Notes: generated by a model from the letters alone, not told the origin. A DNA stretch of 64,000 nucleotides from Macrostomum hystrix (GCA_950097015.1 CATNEN010000008.1:4464001-4528000), one strand, 5' to 3'; positions 49,531 to 63,079 are shown, numbered from the stretch's first letter. Numbers and translations: made by a program.

Positions 49531-51159
49531 TTATCAGCTTTTTCAGCTTTTTGATGGAAAAAAATTAAATACATGATTTCAATTTTTTGACAGACTTTGC
49601 ACAAAAATGCTGCCAAATCGACAGTGTTTTATTTTATAACAAAAATAGATCAAAGGGGACAAGGCCCCGCCCATTCTCATTCTGGACAAGCAGTCTATAA
49701 ACCCCATTCTCCCTTTCAGTGTCATCGTGTTGATTTATTTACCAGGACAAGATAATCTACAAAAAATTGTCAAGCAGCAGCCACCCTTTTGTTGCTGTTT
49801 CTGACACCCCCAATTTTGTCTAACCTCCTATTTACAATAATCATAAATAAAACAGGAGAGCCTAGCTAACCCTGCTGGGTAATAAGATTGCTTGTTTGGT
49901 TTATGATGGCTATAAATGACATATTGGTGCATTACTTAATGGGGCAGTAGTGAGGCCACATAAAGCCCCTCACTTACAGTTTATTCAACATATTGTATGT
50001 CCAACATGTGAAATACTTAACAAAATTTCTTTTTAACAAAAACATACCCTAGTCAAGAAGGTGACACACAGACACATAGTGCATCTTAAATTTGTGCCTC
50101 TAAAATATTTTTTCAAGATACTGAATGTTTTGGTGAGAACCTTGCATTATCAGCACATGTAGAAGATAATGACAACTGTCAAATTTCATTCAAATTGAAT
50201 ATATACAATAAGATAACATTGTGATTTTTTCAAAAGTGCACTTTTTATAAACTTTAATCATAACTAATTTTCTCTTTTCATGTAGAAATTATACTTATGC
50301 TCAAATTTACTTTTGGCACAAATTTTGGTGCAAATGAAATTTTGTACATATGCTCTTTTTGGTACACACAATCTTTTAGGCAACATTGTCATATGGCACA
50401 TGGCATAGAACCAAAAAACTGATAGATAGGTTTTGTTTTAGTGCAAAAGCTACACCTTCCTGACTATGGCCAATATATAGACAATTTTCTTGCATACTAG
50501 CGCACAGTTTGGAGGACAAGATGTCAATTCGCTAAGTTGAGCATCTGGCATGCATGTCACACAAAGTGCACTCTGGGTTTGTGCCAGCTTGTGTTTATTT
50601 GCCAGTATAGGCCAATGAGTACTGAAATTTTTAAACTTAATTACAACCTTGACTAGGCCTTTGGTTTCTGTACTTAGGAAAACTTATTTTGGGTCAACAA
50701 CTACAACATAACAAATTATCATCACTTTCCTTTACCAAAAACTAAGAGATGCCAGGGTAAAGATAGACTAAAAATGCTGAATTTGGACTTTTTCAAGCCA
50801 TTCATACTCATTTATTTTTTGTGTATAAAAACTGAATAGTTAGAAATTAGAATGACAAAGTAATTGCAAAAAATACAATGATGGAGGCTGATCAGCTTTA
50901 GCTAGTCTTAGAAAATTCCTGATGCTCAATCATTTGTTGATTTTTTTTCTAATTATGTTTACAAAGCATGATACATCTTTATGCTTTGTAAGGGATTCAG
51001 GTATTTAGTAACAGTTTAATGAATTCCATAAATATGTTAAAGATTTTTTAGTAGGCCAAGTCATGTCACTTTATGTGGCTGTGCTAGCTTTCTATCAAAC
51101 TAAACAGGCAATCATATCATTCATCATGTAGCTAGTCAGTCCATGGGCAGTCTTAAGTA

Positions 51160-51355
51160 TAAATGTTTCTCATTGTTAGGCAGTGTACATTTCATTGTGC
51201 CTTGGAGGTTGGCCTTCAAGGGCATAGATTGCATGACAAGCCCGCAAGCCTTATCTCCACAGCTGCGCCCCAAATAAATGTGGCTTAGCCATGGAATTGA
51301 ACTTAGGGACCATGGTGCGAGAGGTAAATGCAATAACCACTCTGCCACCGACCTA
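51160..51355 (-). mobile_element. SINE family 1, 3'-truncated copy
   Basis: The reverse complement has the head GGTCGGTGGCAGAGTGG...AGTTCAATTCC and GAAGGCCAACCTCCAAGGCACAATG. Confidence 0.8.
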
Positions 51356-54133
51356 CCTAGCCATACATGATAGTTACAAATATTAGGGTCAGTAAAAACA
51401 TAAAAAATGACTACAATGGACCACAATAGACTACAGTGGGACCAAAGCATTAGTTCCATATGCTTAAGTTTTATACTATGCCTTAAAGAGCAACTGATCT
51501 GTAATTAAAAATCTTTAAATTATAACAAATAAATACAATTTCAGAAAAATGAAATTATTAGAATTCAAATAGCAGCAAGCTAGGCCTAGGGGGCCTATAG
51601 TTTTTCACTCCCAGAGCATCTTAGAGTTGGGACACTTTTAATAAGTTTTTTGTGTACATCTGTTTTCATACATGCGCAACCTCCCAAATCTTAGCTGGCC
51701 GTGCAACTTAGTTTTTGCTCTATTTATGACTTAGTTTGCTCTCATTTGCAACTTAGTTCGTTTCATTGATTAATTTATGACTTAGTTTGCTCTCTTTTTC
51801 TCTCCCTTTTTTCCTTTTCTTCACACTTTCCTTTTTTGTCCCTTGGTCTCCCTTTGATTTTTTTGCGCTTGGTTGATTGGTTTTTGCAACTTACCTTGCT
51901 TGGCCCTTGTTTTACCTGGCTGGTTCGGCCGGGTTGGCCGGGTGTTGCGCATGTATGTCTGTTTTTATTATACAGTTCTCATTTTGCTCACTATGCTAAG
52001 GTAATTTTGCTAGGGTAAAAGTTTACTAGGGTAAAAGTCTATGGCAAATATTAGCCACCAATATTTTGATAATCTCAGGGACAATATTTTTGTCTTAGTC
52101 TTGTTTTGAAAATAATAAATAAGTTTAATAACTAAAATATAAGCCAAAAAAATATGAACTTGTACAACTTTCACCAAGTAAATTATAAAGCAACACAGTT
52201 TTCATTTTAAGACTTCAGAATAACAACTAGACATCAGCAGCTCTTAAGGCCTTAATATAAACTAAAAGATTGCAGCTCCAAAAAGTTCAAGATATTCTAT
52301 TTGGACTAATTTCCAAATTTCCAAACCTGAAAACAAGCCATCAGCAACGTAAGTGGCATTGGCATATGGTGACTGTCTGTCATTGGGAAATAACATAAGA
52401 AGCCAATCAACACAGCAATATCTGAACAACTAAAGACTCTAACCACTTGAAAGCTTGAAATTGTTAATTTAATGGGAGATGAGTTAAAAAAAAATTGTGC
52501 CTATTTGTGTTAACTAGTAGGCCTATTAGCATTGATTAGGAATTAATTCAAAATTTAATTTCACTCTGTAGACTGTAGTTAGCCTTCTTAATCTGAATAC
52601 TGATAGTGAATTCGGAGGTTCGATCCTCATCTTCGTGTGGTGTGATGACGTAGATTAGCGAGCATTATAATTATTGTCGTTCTGTTCGGATGGAAAACTG
52701 ACCATGTCGTCGGTTGCAGCGGGAAAATAAGCTGATTAACGTAACTAGAGATTGGATAATAATATTAAAAAGCTTTATATAGTGGAATAGGCTTACTAAA
52801 AGTCAAGCTTCGTTGATTCAAAGCTCTGTGGTTCTCTAATTTCTTTCTAGTATTTTAACAATAGACACAATCACACTCAACTACACAACAAGAGAGCCAT
52901 GTAAGGGAGAGATCTTGGTCCGAATAACAAAATAAGTCGCAGCAGCAGTAACTAAAAATTAATTGGCAATTAATTAAAACAAGAGACACTCTCTCAAAGG
53001 TGTGCGCATGCAGTTAGCCTACCTAATAGTGTTTGCTCTATCTAATTTAGTTATAGACAAATTAAAAGTAAATAATAAAAATGACGCTACAGAAAGCGAA
53101 TTCCATAAACAACCCGCAAAATGACACAAAAGTTCCGATTCAACTGACTGTAAAAATTTCTGTTAACATGTTACATAATACAATATAATGGTACCAACAA
53201 CATTGCAAGGTCACTATATTATTACGAATAAAAAGCTGCTAGGCCTAATGCTAAATCCAAAATGTTTTTTTTTCGACGAGTCAGTCAGTCAGTTAGTTTT
53301 CCCTCTTTAAAAATCAAGCTTAGCAGAAGACAAAATGATGAGCCAAAAGCCTGATGTAACTAATTTTAGCTACCAAGCCCGTCACCAATCATGCGCTTTT
53401 TAACCTGATTGAGTGGTGCATCCTAGTAGCGAAATACGAAGCAAACAAAACTTGCATCACCAAAATGTAAAAAAATCGTATTGTAACTTTCAGCTGGTTA
53501 TCGAGCAATATTTGTCTAGGAACATATACTACATAACATTTATGTCTTGGTGAATAAAGACAAGGAATATTGTTATCGACTCATCATAAACTATCCATTA
53601 AGTTCTCGATACAGACTGGCTTCAAGGACGATATTAGTAGTTAGTAGTAGTGCAGTTCAGTAGTAGTACTTGGTATAGTTGAATAGTTAGTAGATGGGAA
53701 CACAAAGACACTTTCTTTGTCTTAGTCAGTCTATTATTTAATCAACTATAAATATAGCGAAATCATAATGCTCTTGCATACACATTACTGCATGCTTACT
53801 TAGATTTGTCTGCATCTATCAATCATGACAGGGAAACCTTATAAGCATGCTATTGATGTTAGCTTATTTCAAGCTTGTGTACCACTAAGGGCATGTAAAA
53901 TGCTTGCCTAGGCCTAATCGACACAAAATAGAGAAAACGAAATAATTCATTAAAATTTGGGCTTTTGTGATGCCTTCCTCAGAATTTATTTAGTTCAAAT
54001 TAGACAACGTGTGGATGCCATGATGAAATAATTAAGATCAAAAGCAAGTAGAACGTTTGAAGAATTGTCATTCTGTCGGCAGTCAAACAGAAAGTCTTCC
54101 ACTACCTTTTAACCCTTTCAATATTAGTAATTT

Positions 54134-54599
54134 TCACTCATCATCTTCATCCTCCTCATCGTCGTCGTCATCATCCTCATCCTCCTCCTCATCATCGTCG
54201 TCATCATCCTCATCCTCCTCATCATCGTCGTCATCATCCTCATCCTCCTCATCATCGTCGTCATCATCCTCATCCTCCTCATCATCATCGTCGTCATCAT
54301 CCTCATCCTCCTCATCATCGTCGTCATCATCCTCATCCTCCTCATCATCATCGTCTTCATCATCTTCATCCTCCTCCTCATCGTCGTCGTCATCATCCTC
54401 ATCCTCCTCATCGTCGTCGTCGTCATCTTCATCCTCCTCCTCATCGTCATCATCATCATCCTCATCCTCCTCATCATCGTCGTCATCATCCTCATCCTCC
54501 TCATCATCATCGTCGTCGTCATCCTCATCCTCCTCATCGTCATCGTCATCATCTTCATCCTCCTCCTCATCGTCGTCGTCTTCGGCTTCTCGTTCGTCC

Positions 54600-54634
<35 letters not shown>

Positions 54635-55710
54635 CTCATCATCATCATCATCATCCTCATCCTCCTCATCATCGTCTTCATCATCTTCATCCTCCTCCTC
54701 ATCGTCGTCGTCATCATCCTCATCCTCCTCATCGTCGTCGTCGTCATCTTCATCCTCCTCCTCATCGTCATCATCATCATCCTCATCCTCCTCATCATCG
54801 TCGTCATCATCCTCATCCTCCTCATCATCGTCGTCATCATCCTCATCCTCCTCCTCATCATCGTCGTCGTCATCCTCATCCTCCTCATCGTCATCGTCAT
54901 CATCTTCATCCTCCTCATCATCATCGTCGTCATCATCCTCATCCTCCTCCTCATCATCGTCGTCGTCATCTTCATCCTCCTCATCATCATCGTCGTCATC
55001 ATCCTCATCCTCCTCATCATCATCGTCGTCATCATCCTCATCCTCCTCCTCATCGTCGTCGTCGTCATCCTCATCCTCCTCATCATCGTCGTCATCGTCG
55101 TCATCATCCTCATCCTCCTCATTATCATCGTCGTCATCATCCTCATCCTCCTCATCATCATCGTCGTCATCATCCTCATCCTCCTCCTCATCGTCGTCGT
55201 CGTCATCCTCATCCTCCTCATCGTCGTCATCCTCGTCATCTTCTTCTTCTCGTTCGTCCTCGTCATCATCTTCATCCGCATCAGCTTCCCTGTCATCCTC
55301 GTCTTCGTCGGCGTCCCTGTCGTCCTCGTCGTCATTTGCGTCTGAATCGCGCGCCATCGCCTCCTCTTCGTCGTCGCTATCGTCACCCGCCGACCGCATC
55401 AGAGGAGCATCGTCGGTTTCCCGCTTGGAACTTAGAGCAGTCTCGGGCCTTTGGCCTTGGGGCAGCTGTCATGATGAATCAGGTAATAGGATGAAGGAGT
55501 AAATTTACACAAGACCACTACACATGCATCTCAACTCTGATCTGATCTCATTGGTTCAAACGCTATAATGCCTCGGTTTGACCTCCATGCCATCACTCGC
55601 AATCGTATTATTTGAAAATAAAAGTATGACAAATCAAAGTCTTGAGCATGAAAATAACTCACCGCCGAAGCGACCGCAATGGCCAGTAGCAGCAGAAGTA
55701 GAAGCCTCAT
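54134..55710 (-). CDS. Secreted hyperacidic Asp/Glu-rich protein (459 aa, 2 exons)
   Basis: Exon 1 (55710-55663) encodes MRLLLLLLLAIAVASA, then GCG|GTGAGT. Exon 2 (55465-54134) starts after GACAG in phase 0: LPQGQRPETALSSKRETDD... followed by about 400 nearly exclusively D/E codons. TGA at 54136-54134 and AATAAA at 53990-53985. Confidence 0.85.
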
Positions 55711-55812
55711 AGTGCAAACGTGTCGCTAAACTTGAAAATTATCTGTTGCTCAGAAGTGAACTCAGAAGGTCCAGAATTCTTGGTTGTTCCCTGACCAGAC
55801 TTGACAGTCGAG

Positions 55813-55820
55813 TTTATATA
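55813..55820 (-). promoter_or_regulatory. TATA box of the acidic protein gene
   Basis: TATATAAA on the minus strand, about 100 nt upstream of ATG 55710. Confidence 0.65.
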
Positions 55821-56479
55821 GGCTAGCGATCAGACTATCAGGCAGCGTGAGCCGACCCACCGCAGCTGCTGAGCTCTTCCACCTGCCGCTGTCGTCAGCG
55901 TCTTCTTACTTCGCCAACTCACAAGCTTTGGAGTCAAACGAGCAGTTCTTTATTGTTTGCGCATGACAACATTGAGCTGGCGAGCTGATCTGCTGACGTT
56001 ATTAACTTTGTCTATTATCCGGATTTGATTTTACAACCCTAGATAAGTTTTTTATTTTTAGAGAATGATTTAAACAAATATTTCTGATATTATAAGATTT
56101 CCAATATTTGTTTTGCCGTCGGCAAACCATGCCAATTTTCCTTGTTAAGGTAAATATAAATTGAGACACCTGCCGAAAAAGCAAATTTCACAATTTCTAC
56201 ATTGATTTTCGCCAAAGTGTTTTTGCAACGTCAGTAGCCAAGGAACTTTAATGTGTTCTTTCTTAGAATGTTCATTTTCTATCTGTTCCAATGCGCTTGA
56301 TGCGGTTCCTGACGTAGGCAGGCACCACCATCAATAGCCACATATGAACCATGGCTTGAAATTTCACACAAATTGCGTTTATCTCTGAAATTCAATGTGG
56401 CACATGTCCCTGTACATGTAGTTGAGTGATTTGGAACTAGCTCGCACCGGCGGGACACAATGACGGTGAGGTATGAGTA

Positions 56480-58470
56480 GACCAGGCCCATGAGCTAAGA
56501 TCTGCGATGCGTCACTCCTGCAGCCACCTTTTGAGCAGGTTTTTGCAGCTAGTAGGGTGCCTTGTGCCTCCCAGCGCAGAAATCCCTCAACGCTGTCCCT
56601 TCCAATGGGTACAAACTGGGTCAGTTTAAGCGCTTGATGGGCGTTGCCTCGGACCTCTCACCTGAGTCTTAAGGTACATCTGGCTACGGCTCTAAGGGAA
56701 AGGTATCACATTTCCACCTTAACAGTATATGCGACCAGTCCGCAGCGTTCGCCCTACCTGTGCGTGATCAGGTGCCTCTGGTTTCGGCTCTGAGGGAATG
56801 GTGTCACTTTCTGACCTTACAGGGTTAAAGTACAGGTTTTGACCTTACAGGTACAGGTACGCAGCTTGCTGCTGGTTTTCACCATACCTGGCTGGTCTCA
56901 TCATCTATGGCCTCTACTAATGCCAACTGTGAAACTGGTACTGAAGCTCCCTCCCCATGAACCCGGCCTCCTTCGGGAACCGCCACCGCGGTGGAGCACC
57001 TCGCGCCGAGCAGAAAGACGTCTGGACCCTCGGCAACAGACGCCTCTTCTTCTCGACACCGCAAGCAGGGCGCGCTGAGGATACGCCAACTGACAATGCG
57101 GCCGCTACCTAGGAAACGTCTGCACCTTCCACCAAGGCCAAGCTCCCAGCGCTCTAACCCGCCATTTATCATCTGCAGCCAAGAGCGCGATCTGACGGTC
57201 GAGCAAGTCGAGAGTGTGTGGTGCACTGTCGATGCCGGCCTCGTCGACGCATGACCAAAGAAGGCCACCTGGTTAATGTGGTCAAGTCGCACAAAGATGT
57301 GGGAGGGCTGCATCCTACTCAGGTGTCAGTCTGGTGCAACACTCGCTACACCTGGACTCTCACGATGTCTGAGTGAGTGCCAAGTGCTACCTGATGCCTC
57401 ACTCTCCGACCAAATTATGTTCATTTCCGCAGCACAGCTAAAATATCCTTGGAAGCGAAAAGCTAGGATCACTGATTGGGGGGGGATTTTAAAAGCTTCC
57501 TGGAAGAAACCCACGCTGTCACTATAGTCTTTACTCAAGTGCTCCAGTCTTTACAAGGCCACCACGTGCCTTGGGACAGAAGAACTCGCATCCGCTATCA
57601 CGGAATCGATTTCCACCGCCTTTGAGGCCGCCTGCCCCTTAACGCGCACAGAGGCAAATCACGAGCCCCGTGGTGGAACCTACAGCTTGGCGATCACCGT
57701 CGCAGGCGAAGAGGCTTTAAAACTACCGAAACTAAAAAAGCTGACCAAACTGCCCATCTCGAGACAATTCATGAGTTTAAAGGCAATGTGGGAATGCTAA
57801 ATCCAAAAAAATTGGCTCATTCGGAAAATCGGATCATTCTACTGGACGTCATGTACTGACGTCCAGCATCATCATGGAAGATAGAATAAAGAGCGCCGCG
57901 CTGACTTTCAAACATTTTAAGTCCCCAGGACCCGACGGCATTGTACCTGCCTCCCTCAGGGTGGCGGTTAAATGTCCTGGTTTCCTTAGGAATCTCTGTA
58001 AGATTCCTCTGCAAGGAATCTCACCAGCAGGAATGTCGAGTGGCTACTGCACCCGCTCACGCTGAACGGCAAGGATATTTCATTCCGCAAGCAAACAAAA
58101 AGTGTCTAGGAAGTCACCACAGGCAATTATCTGCAGGACAGCGCATGTTCAATCCAAAACTGAAAGGCCTTCGCAATCCTAGTGCAGCTGGCAGAACGTT
58201 AGGTATAACCTCACCCCAAAACGGCAATATTAGTAACACCATCCAGGTCGATCCTATTTCGCAGTACCGATCTTGATCAGTGCCTTGCAAGCTAAGACCT
58301 GCCCGAGCCTCTAATTGCGAGTGCAGGGGCGAGCATGCCGAATCTTCCTGAATACCTGCGTCCTTTGATGGCTTCAACGATTTTCTCGACCTAATGCCCT
58401 ACGGGCATCATATGGATGCATATTCGGAAACTGCCCTCCGCCTTCTGGATGTTGCATGGACTCCGTTAAG
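56480..58470 (+). mobile_element. Decayed non-LTR retrotransposon (APE endonuclease + RT, R1/LOA/I-like)
   Basis: Frameshifted, stop-ridden motifs in the expected order: SLSDQ (SDH-like end of APE), ITDWGG, ISTAFEAACP, PWWN, KSPGPDGI, FIPQANK (LIPKxGK-like). The boundaries are approximate. Confidence 0.75.
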
Positions 58471-58896
58471 TTTCAGGTTTCACAGCGAAAGCTTCTTCCG
58501 CACACAGACCTCTACCACTTTGGATATGGCAACAGTGTCATTTTGACGGTTAGCCGCGTACGCCCAACTACAAGTCCTGAGGTCCATGAGGTCCAATTAC
58601 GTAGCGGTCTTGTGCTTCATGTAAACAAAATACAAAGTTTCTATGCAGAAAAAATGAATAACACATATTACCTGAGAACCAACTTGTCTTTAAAAGACTT
58701 TTCTTTTAAAATATTTCTTGAAAAGAATACACCCGCATTATATTTGCATTGGAGTTTTCAAAGACCTGTCAACAGTCGAATAAAATTCCATTACAATTCG
58801 ACGAGTTAAAGGGAGCTGTGTAACGGAAGTCTTAGCAAATTGACTCTTCGTTTATCCTTTTTCCTTGAGCTTAATCAAAAGACTAATATATTCATC

Positions 58897-61800
58897 ATGC
58901 CGTGGGGTTTCCAAACGTGTGGTCCTAATGAGGCCCTTGTTATTTCAGGCAAGTACTAGCTATTTTTAAATGATTTACTGTTTAGCTACTGTCCTGAATG
59001 AAGTAGGCCCCTAGTTTTTTATTACCAATTTTTTTGATTTCGGCAAAAGTTTATTTAGATTAGGCCTCATTATCTAGCTATACTTGACTGTATAATACAT
59101 GTTCGTGCTGACAGTGGTTGTTTAGCTTGCTAGCTAGTCATTTTTTATTAATTTTAGTAGGGCCTAAACTATGTTGGCCTATCTAGTATTTACTATTCAG
59201 TGAGGGCCACTGCTTTCGCTGCGGTTCGATTGTCATCAATTACATTAGTATGTCAAAAGTAGGCATCATTAGCAATTTTTTCTGTTTCTTGTGCTTTGAT
59301 AATATAGCTCAAATAGTGTTGAGTGATTTGTAACTTTTTTCTCTTGTCAACAAGTTTACATACTATTAGCATTTTACATGTATATATTCTACCCACCTAC
59401 ATTGAGTATTAGGTATGCCAAGAATTCAGTGTGAGTTGTGACCAACCATGTACACCGAATTTGGCAGGCTGAATTTTGGGCATATAAAACAGATCCAAAC
59501 TATGGGCTAGAGTTGGCTAGAGTTTTAAGTAACATTTTAAGTAAATTTCTATAAGTAAGTAAAGAAATTTGGGACAGTTAGCTATTTAATGTGACATACT
59601 TATTATATAGCTTTACTCATTATCACATAGAAAAAATGATTTAATGGCTTAGGCTAGGAACTAATGAACACAATATATATTCATGATTATCTAAGACATT
59701 AATTATTGCTATATTTCTGTATTGCTTTTTGCTTTTGTGAATATTTCTGCTATACATGCATAGACCTCTATTTATTTTAATAATAAAAAAGAAAAATACA
59801 CTTAACCATAAGAATGTTTTGTATGTTAAATTTTCTACTAATCATTATATTATTTACATTGTTAGCACTTGTTTACATAGACTATAGTCACAATATTATT
59901 AGAAATTTCTTTTTTAGTATCTTATTGCTATGTTAAATTCAACTATATGTTGTGTGTTACATATGTTATAGTTATATGTGATTGATAACATGTGATTTTG
60001 TATTGTTATTAAGAAAATGATAATGGTAGTTATTTTTTAGTGTCTAACTATTCAGATCTGGTGATGTCATTTTTTGGGCTACATTTAATGAATGTTTATT
60101 ACAATTTAGTCAATTGACAATTATATACATTTATATTTCAATGTCTTTTTTTGCCTATCAAAAAACAGGCTGTTGCCATGGCAAGCCCATGTACATACCT
60201 GGCGGCAGGAAATTTGTTCTGCCTGGTATTCAACAGGTGCAACGCATCTCCCTGAACACCATGACCATCACAATTGAATCGCCAAGAATCTACACTCAGC
60301 TTGGCGTGCCAGTGACAGTCACCGGCGTGGCTCAGCTGCGCATCAAGGGCCAGAATCAGGACATGCTGGCGGCCGCCTGCGAACAGTTTCTAGGAAAAAC
60401 TGAGCACGAAATCACCGAGATTGCTCGAGAGACACTGGAAGGTCATCAGCGCGCCATTATGGGCAACATGACTGTGGAGGAAATCTACAAGGATAGAAAG
60501 AAGTTTAGCAAGGCCGTGTTTGAGGTGCGGTTTCTGCTGCTGTGTTTCTTTGTGTGTTTTTAGATTGATTAGATTCTGGTAGAAATTGATGGCGTGAAAT
60601 TTACACTGTTCTCACTGCAGGCATGTGCCTGCTTACACAGTCTCTGTGCTTGTGTGTGCTCAGGAGTCAGCGAAATAGGCAGAAATTCCTCCTCGCTACG
60701 GGAATTGTATCATATTGGTCAGGGGTTCGAATCCTGACTCACACTTAAATCTGCTTAGCTTCATCCCACCTCTTCCCGGTCCATGGACTGAACAGAGGTA
60801 CGCAACCTTCAGATGCGTTGCGCAATCGCTGCGGCTTTGCTAACGGCTGCAACATCTGGGCCAATCGGGGCAGGTGTAATCAATTATTGGCATATTCTGG
60901 TAGATTTTGTTTTAACTACTAACAAAATTGTGTGAAACTTTATAGGTAGCCTCATCCGACCTCGTCAACATGGGCATCAGCGTGGTGTCCTACACCCTGA
61001 AGGACATCAAAGACGACGAGGGCTACCTGAAGGCCCTGGGTCTGTCCCGAACCGCCCAGGTGAAGCGGGACGCTCGCATCGGCGAGGCCGAGGCCCAGAA
61101 GGAGTCGGGCATCAAGGAGGCCATGGCCGAGCAGGAGCGAATGGCCGCCAAGTACAAGAACGACATTGAGATCGCCAAGGCTCAGCGAGACTATGAGCTG
61201 AAGAAGGCCGCCTTCGATCAGGAGGTTCAGGCCAAGAAGGCCGAGTCAGACCTGGCCTACGAGCTGCAGGCCGCCAAGACCAGGCAGCAGATCAAGGAGG
61301 AGGAAATGCAGATCAAAGTTGTTGAGCGCACCCAGCAGATCAATGTGCAGGTCAGGCTTGGGTCTGCTGTGGTCTTCCCGTATCCTGCTTGTAGATAACT
61401 CAATTGGATTCTGTAGATTAGATTCTACCGAAGTCTGTAGATTAGAATCCAGTGGAGTCTGTAGATTAGAATCCTATGTAATCTGTAGATTAGAATCCAG
61501 TGAAGTCTGTAGATCAGAATCCAGTGGAGTCTGTAGATTAGAATCCAGTGGGATCTGTAGATAAGAATCCAGTGGAGTCTGTAGATTAGAATCCAGTGGA
61601 GTCCGTAGATTAGAATCCAGTGGAGTCTGTAGATTAGAATCCAGTGGGGTCTGTAGATTAGAATCAAGTGGAGTCTGTAGATTAGAATCCAGTGGAGTCT
61701 GTAGATTATAATCCAGTGGAGTCTGTAGATTAGAATCCAGTGGGGTCTGTAGATTAGAATTCAATGGAGTCTGTAGATTAGAATCCAGTGGGGTCTGTAG

Positions 61801-63079
61801 ATTAGATTCCAATGGAGTTTGTAGATAAGAATCCAATGAATCTGTAGATTAGAATCAACTGGAGTCTGTAGATTAGAATCCAGTGGGGTCTGTAGATTAT
61901 ATTCTAATGAAGTCTGTAGATTAGAATACAGTGGGGTCTGTAGATTATATTCTAATGAAGTCTGTAGATAAGAATCCAATGAATCTGTAGATTAGAACTC
62001 AGTGGATTCTGCAGATTATTATTCAGTGGATTGTGTAGATTAGAATTAAGTGGAGACTCTAGATTAGAATCCATAAGGGTTTGTAGATTAGAATCCAGTG
62101 GAGTCTGTAGATTAGAATCTAATGGAGTCTCTAGATTATAATCTAGTGGAGTCTGTAGATTAGAATCCAGTGGGGTCGGTAGATTAGAATACAGTAGGGT
62201 CTGTAGATTAGAATCAAATGAGGTCTGTAGATAGAATCCTATGGAGTCTGTAGATAAGAATCTTATAGAGTCTGCAAACAAGAATCCTATGGAATCTGTA
62301 GATTAGAATCCAGTGGGGTCTGTAGATTAGAATCCAGTGGAGTCCGTAGATTAGAATCCAGTGGAGTCTGTAGATTAGAATTCATTAGAGTCTGTAGATT
62401 CGAATCCAGGTAGCCGGGTAGTATTATGATAATTCTACTGAGGGATAACTAAGATAATTATTCTCTAAAGACAGCAATATAACTGTGTAAACAGAGTGCT
62501 TAGTAAGATCCCAAAAATGGCTAATTTCAGCTCGCCTATCATAACGCAAGCTCTCCCCACCCCCACAATTTCCAGGAGCTGGAGATCGTTCGCAAGGAGC
62601 GCCACCTGGACGCCAGCGTTCGCAAGCCAGCCGAGGCTGAGCGCTACCGCCTAGAGAAGCTGGCCGAAGCCGAGAACCAGAAGATTATACTGGAGGCCCA
62701 GGCCGAAGCCGAATCCATCCAGCTCAAGGGCGAGGCCGAGGCCTATGCCATCGAGGCCAGGGCCAAGGCTACGGCCGAGCAGATGGCCAAGAAGGCCGAC
62801 GCCTGGAAGGAATACGGCGAGGCGGCCAAGCTGGATCTGGTGCTGAAGACCCTGCCGAAACTGGCCGCCGAGGTGGCCCAACCGCTGGCCGGGGTGAAGA
62901 AGATAACAATGGTTAGCAACGGCGGCAAAGGCTCCGAACTGGGCGCCTCCAAGATCACCGGCGAAGTGATGGACATCATGGAGCGCCTGCCGCGCATTGT
63001 CAACAGCATGGCCGGTGTGGACATCGCCAAGACGATGGGCGGCGACGGCAGCGGAGGTGGCGGCAAGAGGCGCAACTAA
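58897..63079 (+). CDS. FLOT1: Flotillin-1 (reggie-2), 438 aa, 4 exons
   Basis: Exons 58897-58948, 60169-60524, 60946-61350 and 62576-63079. N-terminus [24 protein letters not shown] domain ([38 protein letters not shown]), EA-repeat flotillin domain and KITGEV. Confidence 0.97.
60604..60697 (+). mobile_element. SINE family 1 3' fragment in flotillin intron 2
   Basis: GTGTGTGCTCAGGAGTCAGCGAAATAGGCAGAAATTCCTCCTCGCT matches family 1. Confidence 0.7.
60715..60895 (+). mobile_element. SINE family 2 copy with most of the CORE-like segment deleted
   Basis: B box GGTTCGAATCC. The 3' part CCATGGACTGAACAG...CATCTGGGCCAATCGGGGCAGG is the reverse complement of 31400-31500. Confidence 0.7.
61415..62410. 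repeat. 24-bp minisatellite (CTGTAGATTAGAATCCAGTGGAGT)n in flotillin intron 3
   Basis: About 41 units. Confidence 0.96.

Noticed and set aside
49600-51130. Possible non-autonomous DNA transposon in the AT-rich region
   Set aside because: No terminal inverted repeats, TSD or transposase remnants could be identified by eye.
54057-55502. 481-aa poly-Ser ORF (+) and 420-aa Met/Arg/Thr ORF (-)
   Set aside because: Antisense and shifted frames of the D/E gene. Only the D/E frame joins the signal-peptide exon.
58456-58809. 117-aa ORF upstream of flotillin
   Set aside because: AT-rich, with no recognisable motif or splice link. It lies in the LINE-end and promoter region.
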